Shown: positions 39,017-51,967 of the stretch, one piece after another
Layout of the letters: each line of letters starts with the position of its first letter
How positions within the stretch are numbered: the first letter of the stretch is position 1
Assembly: GCA_039545335.1 (NCBI GenBank)
Contig: BCIN01000009.1
Span: forward strand, 496,001 to 560,000
Direction of reading: 5' to 3'
Length of the DNA stretch: 64,000 nt
From: Kondoa subrosea
Lineage: Eukaryota
The notes under the pieces: model-generated
The model's input: the letters and a program-made list of their open reading frames with translations, nothing else
What the model was told of the DNA's origin: nothing
Database searches by the model: none
Program-made: the position numbers and the translations under genes

Positions 39017-42000
39017 TTATGGCTTATACTTGTTGAATGCCCCATTGACATCCTCCGTCGTGAAATCGAGCGAAATCTTTGATTCGCTATAGCACTTGCT
39101 GAGCAATGAGTTCCAGCTGGTAGTCAATCTGAGCGCTTCATCTTGACATGCCCGCCAGACTGTGATCAACACTTCTGCATTCTCAGCGGAAGGGTTAGTA
39201 AGATCCGAGAAATGCTTTTCCACTCGTTTCGAAAGGGTTTCAATCGCTTTTCTAAGATCTTTAGAATTGGTAGATCCGACTGCCTTCTTTGCTGCTGATT
39301 TGTTGTATGCAGAATGCAAGCTGATCTCGTTTGCAGGTGTTTCTCGCAATAACTGCTCAACACCTTGGAAGAAGTCCTGTGAACTGTGATTAGACAGAAT
39401 GTCTTGACCATAATTAGAAGAGTCTCACAAGTAGACGAGAAAGAGGACGCCGCAGTACTAGACGTATATACATCTTCAAATTTTCATCGTAGATATCGCG
39501 AGCACGGCGCATATGCGGTTGCAGCGAAGGTGCTCGTAGGTTCTTGCTAACAGTTTCGAAGTGATGCATGTTTTCTGGAAAGAATAGCAAAGACGGATCA
39601 GCATACACTGACATGTCTGAGGATCCATCTACCGATGAGGACAACATGGTAATTAAGCTGATCTTTATCGTCCGCCGATGCGCCAGCTTGCTCTCCGTCC
39701 ATTTTAGCCATCTGCTGCAAGCATTCGAACATTGTGTTGACCAGTAACTCATATTTCTGATCGACCAATTGGCGTATAGGTAAATCATCCGCCCCGATGA
39801 GCTGCGACTCGATGCGGTCGACAAAGCCCTGCGGATGCAGTTGATGAGACTAATCTATAATATCGGTCAAGAAACTCACAGGAAAGATATTGATGAACGG
39901 AACAACTCCCTTCCTCTTCTTGACGGTAAGCTTAGTATGTTCAATAGCTTTGACCTGATCTTTCTGTCAGTTGTGATGATGTTTTTGAGTATAAGCAAGT
40001 AGCACAACGTAGACATCGCGTACTAAGCTCTTGTCAAGTATAGCGGAGCATCTGAGACCCTGCCGCTGCGCAACTTTGAGCAGGAAGTCGTTGCCAGCTT
40101 GCTGCGAGTCTCGTATGCATCGATCTACGGCAACCAAGATACCAACGATTTGCCTAGATAGAGCTCAGTACAGTCATCGCAGATACCACATTGACCTTAC
40201 ATGCTATCTTTTTGCAGTATGAAATCTGTCGTCTCTTGTAACTCTTGATTGAGGAAACCAAAGATCAAGTCCATAGAAGAGCGCAAGTCCTTGACCCGGC
40301 CAGCATTCGCTGCAAGATTGTTTGCAGCACTTCGAGTGAAATATGGTTCCAGATCCATAAGGTCTGCAAAGGTGATGTAGCTTTCCATGCCGGTGATATG
40401 GAGTAGATCAGCAATGAAGATCTGTTCTCGATAGACATGTGGTCCTATTTGCTGCAGTGCGCGATCAACAGCCTGATAAATGACGTTCAGTCAGCTGTTC
40501 CGACGAAAAAGGAGAGACCTGCCTCGCCGCCTTGCATCTGATCTCCATTATCTGTCCGATTCTTCCGTGATTCGTTCGGACTTCGAGTTGTTCCTACTCG
40601 CTTGATCGTGCCGGACCTCAAAGCTGGTGAAGATCCAGCAGGTATTGCAAATGCTAACAAGAATGTGAGCTGAGCAAAGATGCAAGAGACTCATATGTGC
40701 TTACATGCATCTTGCTCCTCTTCGGTTGGTTTGCGGACGAGCGTGCGAGTGAATGCAAGCAAAGCGCCAATCTCGCCCTTGTATAGATCGCTGGTCGTCG
40801 CAAAGTAAGCCTGTATAGTACGGCGTGCAGTGTCAGAATGTATCATTTGAGGTGAAAGAAGACGCACAGCACAGATTTGCTGATACCTCTGATCATCAAT
40901 CTCCTTGACAAAAAGCATGAGACCGATATAGCGTTCCAAATATTTCTCCAAAGCGAGATGAGGTTTGAGTATACCATTCGTTTTAGATCCTGCTTTAGTT
41001 CGCTCTTCGGTGACCAAGTCGGCCTATAGTATGAATGAAGATAATGTTAGCTTTGAAAACACATCTATTACCACCATACCTGATACTTGAACATGACAGT
41101 CAGGAATTCGAGCAACCGCTTGGAGAACTTCGATGAGTAATGCTCATAATCAGCAACGCGCTCATTAGCTGCAGCCATATCGCCCATGGCTAATTAGGGC
41201 ATTAGTTAACGCCCAAGTGAATAAAGGCAGAATGACCTGAATCTCGTGTTGACAGTATCGCCTTGTATAGACTGATAGCGGCCTTCTCTAATCTGTCAAT
41301 ACCATTCTGACTATCCAGATTCTCTTGCTCGAGCGCAAATAGATCCGCTTCAGGTATATTAATGGTGTCCTGCTTCGCAATCAGTATTGTAAATACCCAG
41401 AAAAACAAAAAGCATACCAGTAACTGATCGAGCTCAGCCAGCAGTGAACGCTGGTTCGATGTCTGGACTTGAAGACCCTTGTTTTGGCTTTCGATATGAT
41501 CAATATCATCACTCATGACCTGTCAGTGAATCACCGTGTTAGCGCAATGTACGTGCAAAGGCAGCAAAAAGCACTGACATTCAGCTGAGTTTTGTATAAA
41601 CTGATCGTCTGATCCAGCTTATCCAATTCCGCCATAGCCTGATCCAAATGTTTGACGACCAAACTAACGCCTTCATCACTTTCCACAATAGCATGTATAC
41701 TAGCCGCTTCCAAAGCAGCTAATTCACCAGCCAAACGTTTCTCAATCTGATCTGCATCTCCACCAGTCTTCCATTCGAAGCCCTCTAACATTTCTTCTAC
41801 ATTGGCTAGAATGGTAGCTTCGTCTGCTTGACGGTTCGCTGCTTGTCTAGCTAATTCTAAAGCTGTAGGAGCGGAAGTTAAAGGTGCTGATGAAGGTGTT
41901 TTTGGCGTTCTCCCCTCATGTGAAGAGGGATCACGACGCATTCGAGGTTTTGATGAAGTGGGTTCACGAGGACTGGGCTCTCGTGGGATTGGAGGAATGA

Positions 42001-43117
42001 CGATAGGAGCTGGAAGAGATTGTGGGATAGCGATAGAAGGTGGTTGAGGTACGACTTTCGGTAGAGGTGCAATTTGTGGTTGTGCGCGGACAGGTGTTGC
42101 AGCAGGCATGACAGGAGAAGAAATTTGTGCGGGAGTGATGGGAGAACGTGGGACTGGCGATCGTACGCTCGGAGAAGTTGCTATATTGCTCAATGGATTG
42201 ATATTGAGTTTCGGTGGGTTGCTGGTATGAGAGGAACTGGACGATTGAGATGCACTAGAGACATGTCTGGATTGGTTCGGAGGAACAAGAGGCTCTTCAT
42301 GGCGGAAAGAAGGTGGAGTGTGACCATTACTGAGGGAAGAAGGAATAGGTTGCTGAGTTGGTCTTGGTCGCATAGGACTTGGACCAGGTACAGCCGAAGA
42401 TTGAGAGGCTAGACTTCGTACAGACCCACCAGTGGAAGGTCTGCGAACGTCAACTCTGTCGGGTATTGCTTGCGAGCGTGAGTAGTTCGAAGAAGAATTC
42501 TGCTGCAACATTGGTCGAGCCATTTGTGGTTGAGCTTGTTGAGATTGCATTGTGCTGTTGGAGTTGAAGGAAGTCTGGGAGTTAGATGATTGTATCCGTG
42601 AAGCAGACGGCACTGCCAACGTCGAAACAGTCGCTCCTGGACGAGGAACAACATATGGTGGAGGAGCATTTGGGACTTCTGTGACTTGAAAGCCAACAAT
42701 ACGCAGATCACGGCCAGTGAACTGACGAAAGCAGCGGACCAGAGCAACCAGGAAGTCGATTTGATCTCGAGCATTCTCTGTAGTCCAATAGTATGATCTG
42801 GCATTGATTGTGATAGCAAAGGCTTGAGGCTGAGCTACCTCTAAGGCCATGAGCTCTTCCAGTCCCCAAGTCTTGCCGATAGAAAAGGTTCCATTGCTGT
42901 TGCGCTTCGACTTATGCAACTTCAGAATGCCCTCGCTATTGACACCGAGCAAGATATAGCGAGGCTTGCGCTGCTCCTGACCAGGAGGAGGACGAGGCTG
43001 CCCAGCAGGTACGGGCACCTCTTCCTGAATCTTGATGAAGCAAATAAGGCTGCCATGCACCGAGCCGTTGAAGAGCGATGCTACAATCTGATCTCTCGTG
43101 CTACCATTGACAGCCAT
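39017..43117 (-). CDS. SEC3: Exocyst subunit Sec3
   Basis: N-terminal PH-like domain (RKPRYILL...LHKSKRNSNGTFSIGKTWGLEEL), LAALEAASIHAI, IESQNKGLQVQTSNQ, ENMHHF, VEKHFSD. Confidence 0.93.
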
Positions 43118-43353
43118 GGTATATATGCTATCTGAACCGTGGGTATCGCTTCATTCAGGCTCGGCAGTCGCTGTGTGCGATAAGAAGCTCGCATTCTTCG
43201 CACACGCTTGACCTGTTACAATCATTTGATATCCGCAATTCCCCTATGACCCAATAACGAACTTCATTTGCTTGAGACCAGGGAGCAGGAAGGCATAGCA
43301 CCGAAGAAACGCAGCAGAGGGTGATCAGAAAGGCGTCGCGAAAGGAGGATCAA

Positions 43354-44505
43354 ATGGCACGGTCAGACGAAGTCGAGAAAGCGCGAGCATTGGCAGAAGC
43401 CATGATCATCCAGCTGGGAAATCCATCCATCAAGCAGAAGAGACAAGCTCTCAAAAAATGGGGTCAGACGGATCGATCTGATAGTGAAGCATGGCAACCT
43501 TTCCGTATCGCTGTGCCCGAAGCACAGTTGCTCCCAAATCTGTATAAGCGGTTTGTTATGAGCGAAAAGCCGTACGTTTTTCTTGAAGCAGGGGAAAGAG
43601 TAGTGGACGCATCTCTAAGTTCTGGTCAACCTCGTATCTCGCGGTCCCAAGCGGACAAAGAATGTCTGGCTTCCACAGCTTATACTCTATTACAATTGTT
43701 GGACCAAACATGCTACATTCGCTATTCCCTAAGGCTTACGCTAATCGAATCTTCAAAATCGCTCATTCGCTTCTGCTACATTTCATCACGTCCTACTGTC
43801 AAGTAAAAGCTTCCCTTTTGTCAAAGCAACAATTTGTAGAAATCGATGCCATTCTTACCACTACTTATGCAAAAACTCTATTCTGCAATGCCGCAAGTCA
43901 TGCAAGATGCTTATGAAGAACTCACTACCACTGGATTGGATCCTCTCGTCCGTTTTGATAAGTTTCTCTTTCGCTTCAGACAACGAGAAGAAGCTTTAGG
44001 AAAGGACACGGAAGTGTATCTCGCCGTCGCAGGTACCATGAGCTGTCTCGCCTATCTACTCAATGTTCCCTTGATTGCCCCGATGATTGAAGTGATTTCT
44101 CATAAACCTATGCCACTCTTTGCCGATCCCGTACAAAGGTTCAACCAGATCGAAAAGAATGACGAGATAAAATCTGTGGCGAGAGACGCGGATAGGGTTT
44201 ATAGGGTAGATGAGCACTTTCTGGCGGTCTGCATGAATTGCGGAAGTTCAAAGAAGGGAAAATCAGGCTTTGCAGAGTACAAGGATGCACGGAGTACGTT
44301 TCTGCAACGTACTGCTGTAAGTGCCAGCGTATCTGTGAATGAAGGAAATTACTGAAAGTTGTCGGCCGTCAGCTCGAGCATGTCAGAAAGCAGGTAAAAC
44401 CAAATCACGGAAGTAATCAGTCCCTTCCTGAAAGAAGAGCCTGTGCTAGATTGGCCAAGACACAAGCTTCGATGTTCAAAGATCAATCAGCTGAACAGCC
44501 AGTAG
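43354..44505 (+). CDS. MYND-type zinc-finger protein; the finger needs a -1 frame change near 44256-44262; middle exons uncertain
   Basis: CMNC lies in the zero frame. The -1 frame reads LCRVQGCTEYVSATYC and, after two GT-AG introns, SRACQKADWPRHKLRC*. Confidence 0.65.
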
Positions 44506-44802
44506 TGGCCTGTAACGTGCCTTCTACTCATTGCTGAAAAGCGATCCTTATTTAAAGAGCCGCATTTGATCCCATGGGCTGTCAAATTATACCCTTTCAC
44601 AAAAGAACTTGATTACATGTTGATGCTTGTCGATTATACCTTCTAGGTCTATCATCCCCTGCTGATAACGCTGCTGCTATACCGATGTGCTTGATGTGTG
44701 TCGCCCTGCTTTACGTAAGCCAGATCACGCGTTTGCGCGTAAATACTGGAGCAGAGACATTCTTAAACTTTGAATCGTCACGCCTCTTTTCCCGGTTCAA
44801 CC

Positions 44803-45890
44803 ATGTCAGTGCCTCGTGTCCGTTTAGTTGCATCAGAAGTAGAAGCTATTGAAGCATTCCAGCTGACTCATAATCTCGGTTGGGTCAGCTTCTCCACTTA
44901 TAGATCATACGAAAGAGATAGCTGATCATGATTTATGCAGGCTGTATCTAACAACTCTCCCTCATTGATATATCGAACTCAAGCTAAAGGTTTCTTCATC
45001 CTCTCAACTCAACAAGGCATAAAAGGCCTTATAATCGCGTCCATTCATTCCGGCGCTGGATTTCTAGGCGACTTCGTAGTTGATCCAGCATATCAACATA
45101 AAGGCTATGGAGCCCAACTCTTTCAAGCTGCATTAGATTATCTCGATAAGCAAGGCGTAAAATCAATAGGTTTAGATGCGGTGCAAGAACAAATACCAAC
45201 CTACGCTAGAAGAGGGTTCAAAGATTCTGGGAAACAAGTTATTATGTATGAAAGATTACCACTGATTGATTCGATGGAAGCGACGCCTGAAACAATGGTC
45301 AAGATCAGAGAAGCGGACTTGGATTTAGTGGTAGATATGGATTTCAAATATTCTGGATTCAGGAGAAAAGAGATGTGGGAAGCTTTATTGAGTTTGGAGG
45401 ATGTGGAAGGTTGGGTAGTCAGGCATGAAGGGAAGAGGATTGATGCGTTGATACTGGCAAGGCGGACGAAAAAAGGTGAGCAACCCTATCTTTTTAGTAT
45501 CGAAGTATGCTGAAGTCGAGAGCGATGCGTAGGATGGAAGATCGGTCCACTGTACTCAAATGATCACCACACTGCTCATACTTTACTGATGTGCGTTTCT
45601 ACCTTCGACTGTCTGGGCTGATCTTATTTCGATGCTTACTCCAACAGGCACTGCACTTGGGCATTGGAGTTGGAGACCTTGGTGTGCGAAGCATGGATGA
45701 GTAATCCGCAAACGAAACAGGTGTTTGAGGCTTGTGGATGGACACCGAAGTTTGCCATGAATGTGAGCGTGCATTGCTCTCTCTTGTTGTTCTTGCTGAC
45801 TCTTGTTCCTGTCAGCGTATGTGGAGAGGAGAAGCAGGAACGATGCAGGAGTCTGGCATGCTGGCCGTATTTGATGCAGGCAGTGGATGA
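44803..45890 (+). CDS. Tandem GNAT acetyltransferase (YitH-like)
   Basis: GFLGDFVVDPAYQHKGYGAQLF (acetyl-CoA motif A), IGLDAVQEQIPTYARRGF; second half GWKIGPLY...RMWRG. Confidence 0.85.
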
Positions 45891-46057
45891 TCGCTATCGC
45901 ACGATTGTCTTCTTGTAGCTCTGTATGGTCAATTCAGGCCCATGTACATGACAAATACTGTGTAACACATCTGCTGAGCCGATACCTGCCCTTCTTCGCG
46001 CATTTCGGAACGCAGTGAAGGTTGCTCTTGACCGTCGAGATTTCGCGTATATCTAGC

Positions 46058-46640
46058 ATGAAGCAGCTCATACCCTATCTAGTCATACTCCTGAGCCTAG
46101 CGATTCGAGCACAAGCTCTCTTTTCCTCTACATCCTCGCTTTCGTTCTGCAAATGCATTTGTTTCGGAAATTACACAATCATACCCATCTACAGACCTGC
46201 GAACCCCTCCAAACCTTGTCTGACATGCACCAAGAAGTTCTGCTTGGATCAAAAGCTTACAATATGTAAAGATGCGAGTTTGGGCAAGATTGATTTCGAT
46301 GTCGGTACTGGCGAGGAAGGGGACGTTCAAACTCGGTGCTTTCGTGCGTCTACATATCATTGCAGTGTAGTACTGTGTTCAGATATTGTGACCGTACAGA
46401 AAGGGACAGCTGGATGGCTAAATCTGCTGTGATTGGATTCTTGCTCTTGACTGGATCACTGATATTGGGAGCGGCGATAAGGGACAGAGGATGGCTAAAG
46501 GGGGTGGGAAAGTTTAGACATGATTGGAGCAATACGCCTAGAGGAAGATTGAGATGGAGCGGCATGTTTCAGGTCGGTTGCGAAAGATCAGCTTGTTGGC
46601 TCGTGCTAATTGCCTTTCGAATTGCATACGACAGAGATAA
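46058..46640 (+). CDS. Small single-pass membrane protein with Cys-rich lumenal domain
   Basis: Signal peptide, FCKCICFGNYTIIP...CLTCTKKFCLDQKLTIC...CF-RDS, then a TM helix; two introns. Confidence 0.75.
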
Positions 46641-47212
46641 ATACTGCCTGATATTCTGTTAAGATCAGCGGCAAGTTGAAAAGCCTTGATATATGAGACT
46701 TGGCTCCAGCGGTCAACGTGAGCGTCTGTTGTACTCGAGTCAGCAAATGTCAACTGAGTACAGATCACTCTCCACAGATTTCAATTTGCCAGATGCCGCC
46801 TACACGTGGCTATATTGCGGCCTCTGTCAAATGAATTGCTCAATCTTGCAACCTGGTGAAGATCCGCAGAGTGATCAAAGGCGAAGATCGCTATGTTGTA
46901 ACATCCGAATGGCAACGCTATCCCGTACAACACTATCGCGCGTGTTACAAGGAGCATCAAGCTGTTTCGGCGAGCTTTCAAACATAAGACTTCCCTGCAG
47001 CACGGCGTTTGTGTATATCAACTGGTAATTGGTGCGCGCAGATTCAAGCTGAGATGCGCAGAGAATTATACCCATGGCGGCAGTGTAGTTAGACATTTTC
47101 AGCTCTGCATGCAATTCCGCGCGCTTTGTTCTTCGAAAGCTTGACCACCTGACACCAAAGTGTTATAGATGCAGTGTCCAATATGTGCTGAAGACCCTCC
47201 CTATTATATCGG

Positions 47213-49299
47213 ATGGACGGCTCCTCGTCTGCTACTTCGGCGATGATCCTTGAACGCGCTGCTATACCAAACTCGGTTGCAAGAAATAATACAAGTCAAA
47301 ACCCATCGAAATCGGTATCATCTGGGTCTGCTGCTGCTGTACTCAACGGGAGGTCGAATGTAGTCAAAGAAGCACGGCAAGCTGGCAAGGAGATATTTGC
47401 TATTGACAGCGATTCTGAAGAAGACGATGCACCTGTTACGGCCAATGCTCAAGAGCCAGAACCTGTGCCGGATGTGATTGTTCCCCCTCCTGTTGTAGCT
47501 TCTCTTTCTCTGGTCGAAGACCCGTCTAGCTTCAAGAATGGCATGTTCCCAAACTATGCGCGACCGAATCTTTCTGTTGGTACTGCCTTTATGCTATGAG
47601 CTGCTTCTGAGTGTATGATAGAAGTCTCCTCAAAGTCGAACTCAATCACCGCGTGAAAACAGCAAAACATTAACGCATGGCATATCTTCACCTCGAGAAG
47701 AAGATCCAGAAGAGTCGCCTTTGCCTCCTCCTGTTACAGTCCCACCTTCAGTAGTAGCAGATCTCATCCCTTCGCCTGTCGTACCTACTATCATTTTACC
47801 TCAACCTGAACAACTCCAAGCTTCTACCTCTAAACAGACTTTGGATGACCTGGTAAGTGCTTGTTGGCTACATGTATATGTACATTGGACTCACCTCTAG
47901 CACTTACAGCCCTCTCCTGCTTCCACAGCGAAAGATGTCATCTCGGATTCGGAAATGCAAGTGGATGATTTCTCGCTTGCGGATGATGTGATGCCAAGGA
48001 GAAGTGCATCTCGCAGCATATCTTTACAAGTGAGTCAGACCTTCGCACAGTAGGAACAAAGCTGATGCGTTCGTTAAGCCTCCCACTCTCACTGCACCGA
48101 AACTCAGAGTATCTCAACCTAGAAAGAACTACCCGACGCGAGGCACACAACCTAAGATCAAGAAGAAACGGAAGAGGAAACAAACACTACCTGATCCACC
48201 TATAGTGGAAATCGAGATCCCCAAGAAACGGCGGCGGGCGCATTATGTGACTTCAGAAGGAACTATAGAATTGGATCCAATTCTCGAAGCACGGAGAGTC
48301 AAGGGATTAGGCTTACCACCTGCTGTTCTTCGCAAAGGGAAAGTAATTCCCGTTCCACCTCCATTACCTATTCAAGCTGTTTTGCACTATGCTCAAGATT
48401 TCTCACCTTTCGACGAACATTTACCGGATTTTAGCCCACCTCCGGCCCTCTACCATAACGCTCTGCTTCCACCTGTTCAATCTGCTCTTCTTACGGGCAA
48501 GACTTTATCGAAATTCAAAACTCATTTCCAACCTTATTCTTCAGCCAATGTTTCCAAACCAGGTATTCTTCTACTCAATTCTCCTTCGAAGAAGAGAAAA
48601 CGGTCTTCCAAAAAGAAACGAGCAAGTACGGAAGAAGAAGAAGAAACAAAGGAAGCGGAAGAAAGCGATTCTGATAGATCTCTACGATATGATGGTTTAT
48701 CTGACGAAGAACTGACTTGCGCTCATCGAGGACCAACACCACCTTCTTTCTTGACTGATTCAGAAGATCCAGATCCAGAACCTGGACCTAGAAGACCGAC
48801 AGCTCATAAGATTGGTCGAAAAGGTTGGGAAAAGGGAGTGAACCCAACTACTGTTTCAAATACTCGGAAAACAGTCCTGGAACGAACGATTATTGCTTCG
48901 GAATTGGATGGATCTGCCTATTCTGTTTTGAAGTCAACGGATGAGAATTCTTTGAGAGGAGACCATATTGAAGAGAAGATCCGACCGATGACTTTTGAAG
49001 AATTGGCTGAACATATGCAATTTGAATTCAATGAGGAAGATTCGGAAGAGGAAGAGGAAATCGTCGTCAAGAAGAAACCGAGGGCGACGAAAACTACTCG
49101 AAGCGAGAAACCGGAATGGATGGAAAGCGCTTGGAATAGCTATAAATGGAAGAGGGAAGAAGAAAGGTTGGCTAGAGAGCAAGCGGAACAAGAACAGCAG
49201 CAAACGCAGCAGCAACAAGATCATAGTGCAGTTTCGGAACTTCAGCCCAGTCCGCTTAGGGAAGAATCTTTTGCTCCAGATGTAGGAATGGGCATGTAG
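47213..49299 (+). CDS. Hypothetical disordered, probably nuclear protein
   Basis: A multi-exon frame joins ORF 47213 to ORF 48205; basic NLS-like clusters (KKRRR, KKRKRSSKKKR) and acidic tracts; no domain recognised. Confidence 0.6.
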
Positions 49300-49525
49300 A
49301 ATTTGTATTTCGTTGTCTATACATTGTATTAGCGCAGAGCTGTTCGCTGGCTTGGTTCGCATTTTCCGAACTGCGACTTCGCGCATTCTGAAAATTTCGA
49401 ACTTTTTGTCTCTAAACCTCTTCTTGCAACACCGACTCACCAACAGCCTGTGAGCTCTTCTATACCACTCTAGACCACGCACAAGTAGCTCATTCATATC
49501 CTCTCACCTCTAAAGACCGACAAAA

Positions 49526-50560
49526 ATGGGTTAGCAGCAAAATTTCGAGCACCATGCATGCGAATGTTAAAACGTCCTTGTGTGTCGATAGGAGCGTACA
49601 AGTATGTGGCCGAAATGGAGAGACGCAAGCAGTCGGATGTCCTCCGTTTCCTGCTCCGTGTCAGATGCTGGGAATACAGGCAAGTCTGAATTTCGGTGAC
49701 AAGCAATTTCACCTTTGCTTAATTGTTGTCTTCGGCGTGCAGACAACTGAACGTCATTCACCGCGCTTCTCGACCTAGCAGACCAGACAAGGCTCGCAGA
49801 TTAGGCTACAAGGTCGATTGAAAGCTTGCAATTCTTAAGTGTCAATTTGGCTGATTCCCTTTTGTTTGTCTTTCGACAGGCCAAGCAAGGATATGTCATC
49901 TACCGTGTCCGTGTTCGCCGTGGTAACAGGAAGCGCCCTGCACCAAAGGGAGCAACCTACGGCAAACCTGTTAACCAAGGTATCAACCAGCTCAAGTTCC
50001 AACGCTCTCTTCGATCTACTGCAGAGGAACGTGTTGCTCGTCGATGCGGTGGTCTCCGAATCTTGAACGTGCGCAGTTCTGACGAGGCAATCAAGCTTTT
50101 CTGATTCCTCCGTTTTCGTGCGTATAGTCCTACTGGATCAACCAAGATGGTGTTTACAAGTACTACGAAGTCATCGCTGTCGATCCTTTCCACAAAGCTA
50201 TCCGTCGTGATGCTCGCATCAACTGGATCTGCGACGCCGTTCACAAGCGCAGAGAATCTCGTGGTCTGACTGCTGCTGGTAAAGCCAACAGAGGTCTCGG
50301 AAAGGGTCAGTTTCTTGTCTAAGTGTGTTATTGTCTGTATACTAACTGTCTTGCAAACACAGGCAGCAAACGTCAGTTTTCGATTGTAAACCTCATTTTG
50401 TGCCTATTAACGTCTGCCTTGCTTCTAATAGACACCAAATCGCCTAACCATGCATTCTGGAAGCGCACTAATAAGGTGCGTTGAGTCCTGGGCTCTCCTG
50501 GCTTGCTTCCCTGATTTTTTCTGGTGTTTTCCGCAGCTTTCGCTCCGAAGATACCGATAG
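49526..50560 (+). CDS. RPL15: 60S ribosomal protein L15 (eL15)
   Basis: MGAYKY...[62 protein letters not shown], ends LSLRRYR. Confidence 0.98.
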
Positions 50561-51156
50561 ACGATTTTGGGGCATGGGGATCAAGCAATTATGGGCGTGT
50601 TACAGCAGTTGCATGGCATCTTTGTTTGGCTCTCTTTATCACTGGCTATCGCTTTGTCAATCACGATTTTCCACGACTTCTCGCTCTACGATATTTCGTT
50701 GCTGGTCTATTTACTTTCGAACTGTTGTCACTCGTCTAGAGTGATGCCGGGTCATCTTCAACGGCCCTGTGTCGTACTCTAGTTCTGCAATTCTTCATTG
50801 TTTCCGCTTGGAGAAATCGCTTGCGAGGGTGTATTTCTTTTTGTGAATTATCTGTCTCATTGGCACGCAGCTCTATGCTGGGCTCGACTTTGGAAATGCT
50901 CACACAAGTCGGGGTGACCTGTTACGCACAGTCATCATATGTAAAGGGCCAAACCAACTGTCAATTGCGGTTCATTCGCCATATTAAGCTATCGTGCGAC
51001 AGTTATATAGAATGAGCAAGAATGGTATGATAATGATACTGGATAGATGGAATACATGACAGCGATAACAGGCAAGCGGATATTGGGAATAGAATCTGAG
51101 CTTTGCATACTTTCATTTTCATTCCGGCTTTTCGCTACAATATAGACACAATGCGT

Positions 51157-51767
51157 CTATGCGTCAGGTTTCTGTCCCTCTGCAACGTTTGTTGGTGCAC
51201 CGTTGATGGAGATCTTTCCATCAGCCTCGGATTGCTTTATTAGAAGCATTAGCTACAACCAGGGCTAATAAAATAATGCACGTACTGTGCTGTGAGGGTT
51301 GTTGCCTTCAATAGCGGTGACTGAACGAACATGAGCCAACAGTATGAGAATGTGACTTCATAACGTACTTCCGATGTTTGAGGCTGCACGGAAATTAGCT
51401 CGATATTTGACATGCGAACATTAAGAACACATACTTGGTGCATCATTAGCGCTACCAGTCTCTAGAGGCTTCTCCATTTCGGTGTGACCAGCTGTAATGT
51501 ATCGATTGATTTTCAACTTTCCCGTCAATCTTTACGGATGAGATGAAGGACTGACGAGCGTTCTCAGCTCCAGTACCCTGTCGCTCAGCTTCCTTCTTCC
51601 TATCATCGAAGAAGAATGAGCATGACGATCCCCACTTTTCCTTCAGAAGAGAAAGATTTACAAGAAGCTGTCTGCTGGTTGCTGTCCTCCACTACATTGC
51701 TCACATTCAGCTCCTCAGGTCGAAGCAAGTCGAGAAATAACTCTTACGGAGTCTTTGATCCGACCAT
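51157..51767 (-). CDS. 92-aa hydrophilic microprotein, 7 exons (not in the ORF track)
   Basis: Six GT-AG introns splice into one open frame, MVGSKTPGGQQPADSFLKKEAERQG...NVAEGQKPDA*. Confidence 0.65.
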
Positions 51768-51967
51768 TTTATGAAGTTTTGAGTGATTGGTTTGTGACAA
51801 AAAGTGCAATGACGCCGAAGTCGAAAAAGCGATCAAGTGTCAAAGGGATGGTCCGATAAAAGAAATCGTAGAGAGACAAGGACATCCAGCAGATGATCAA
51901 TGCTGCTCCTTCATTAGCCCTGTTGTATAACATCTTCCCTAAAAGTGTCCATACTGCTCCTTAACTT

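Noticed and set aside
46650..47114. Possible small spliced gene on the minus strand
   Set aside because: Splice-like signals exist, but I could not build a consistent open frame.
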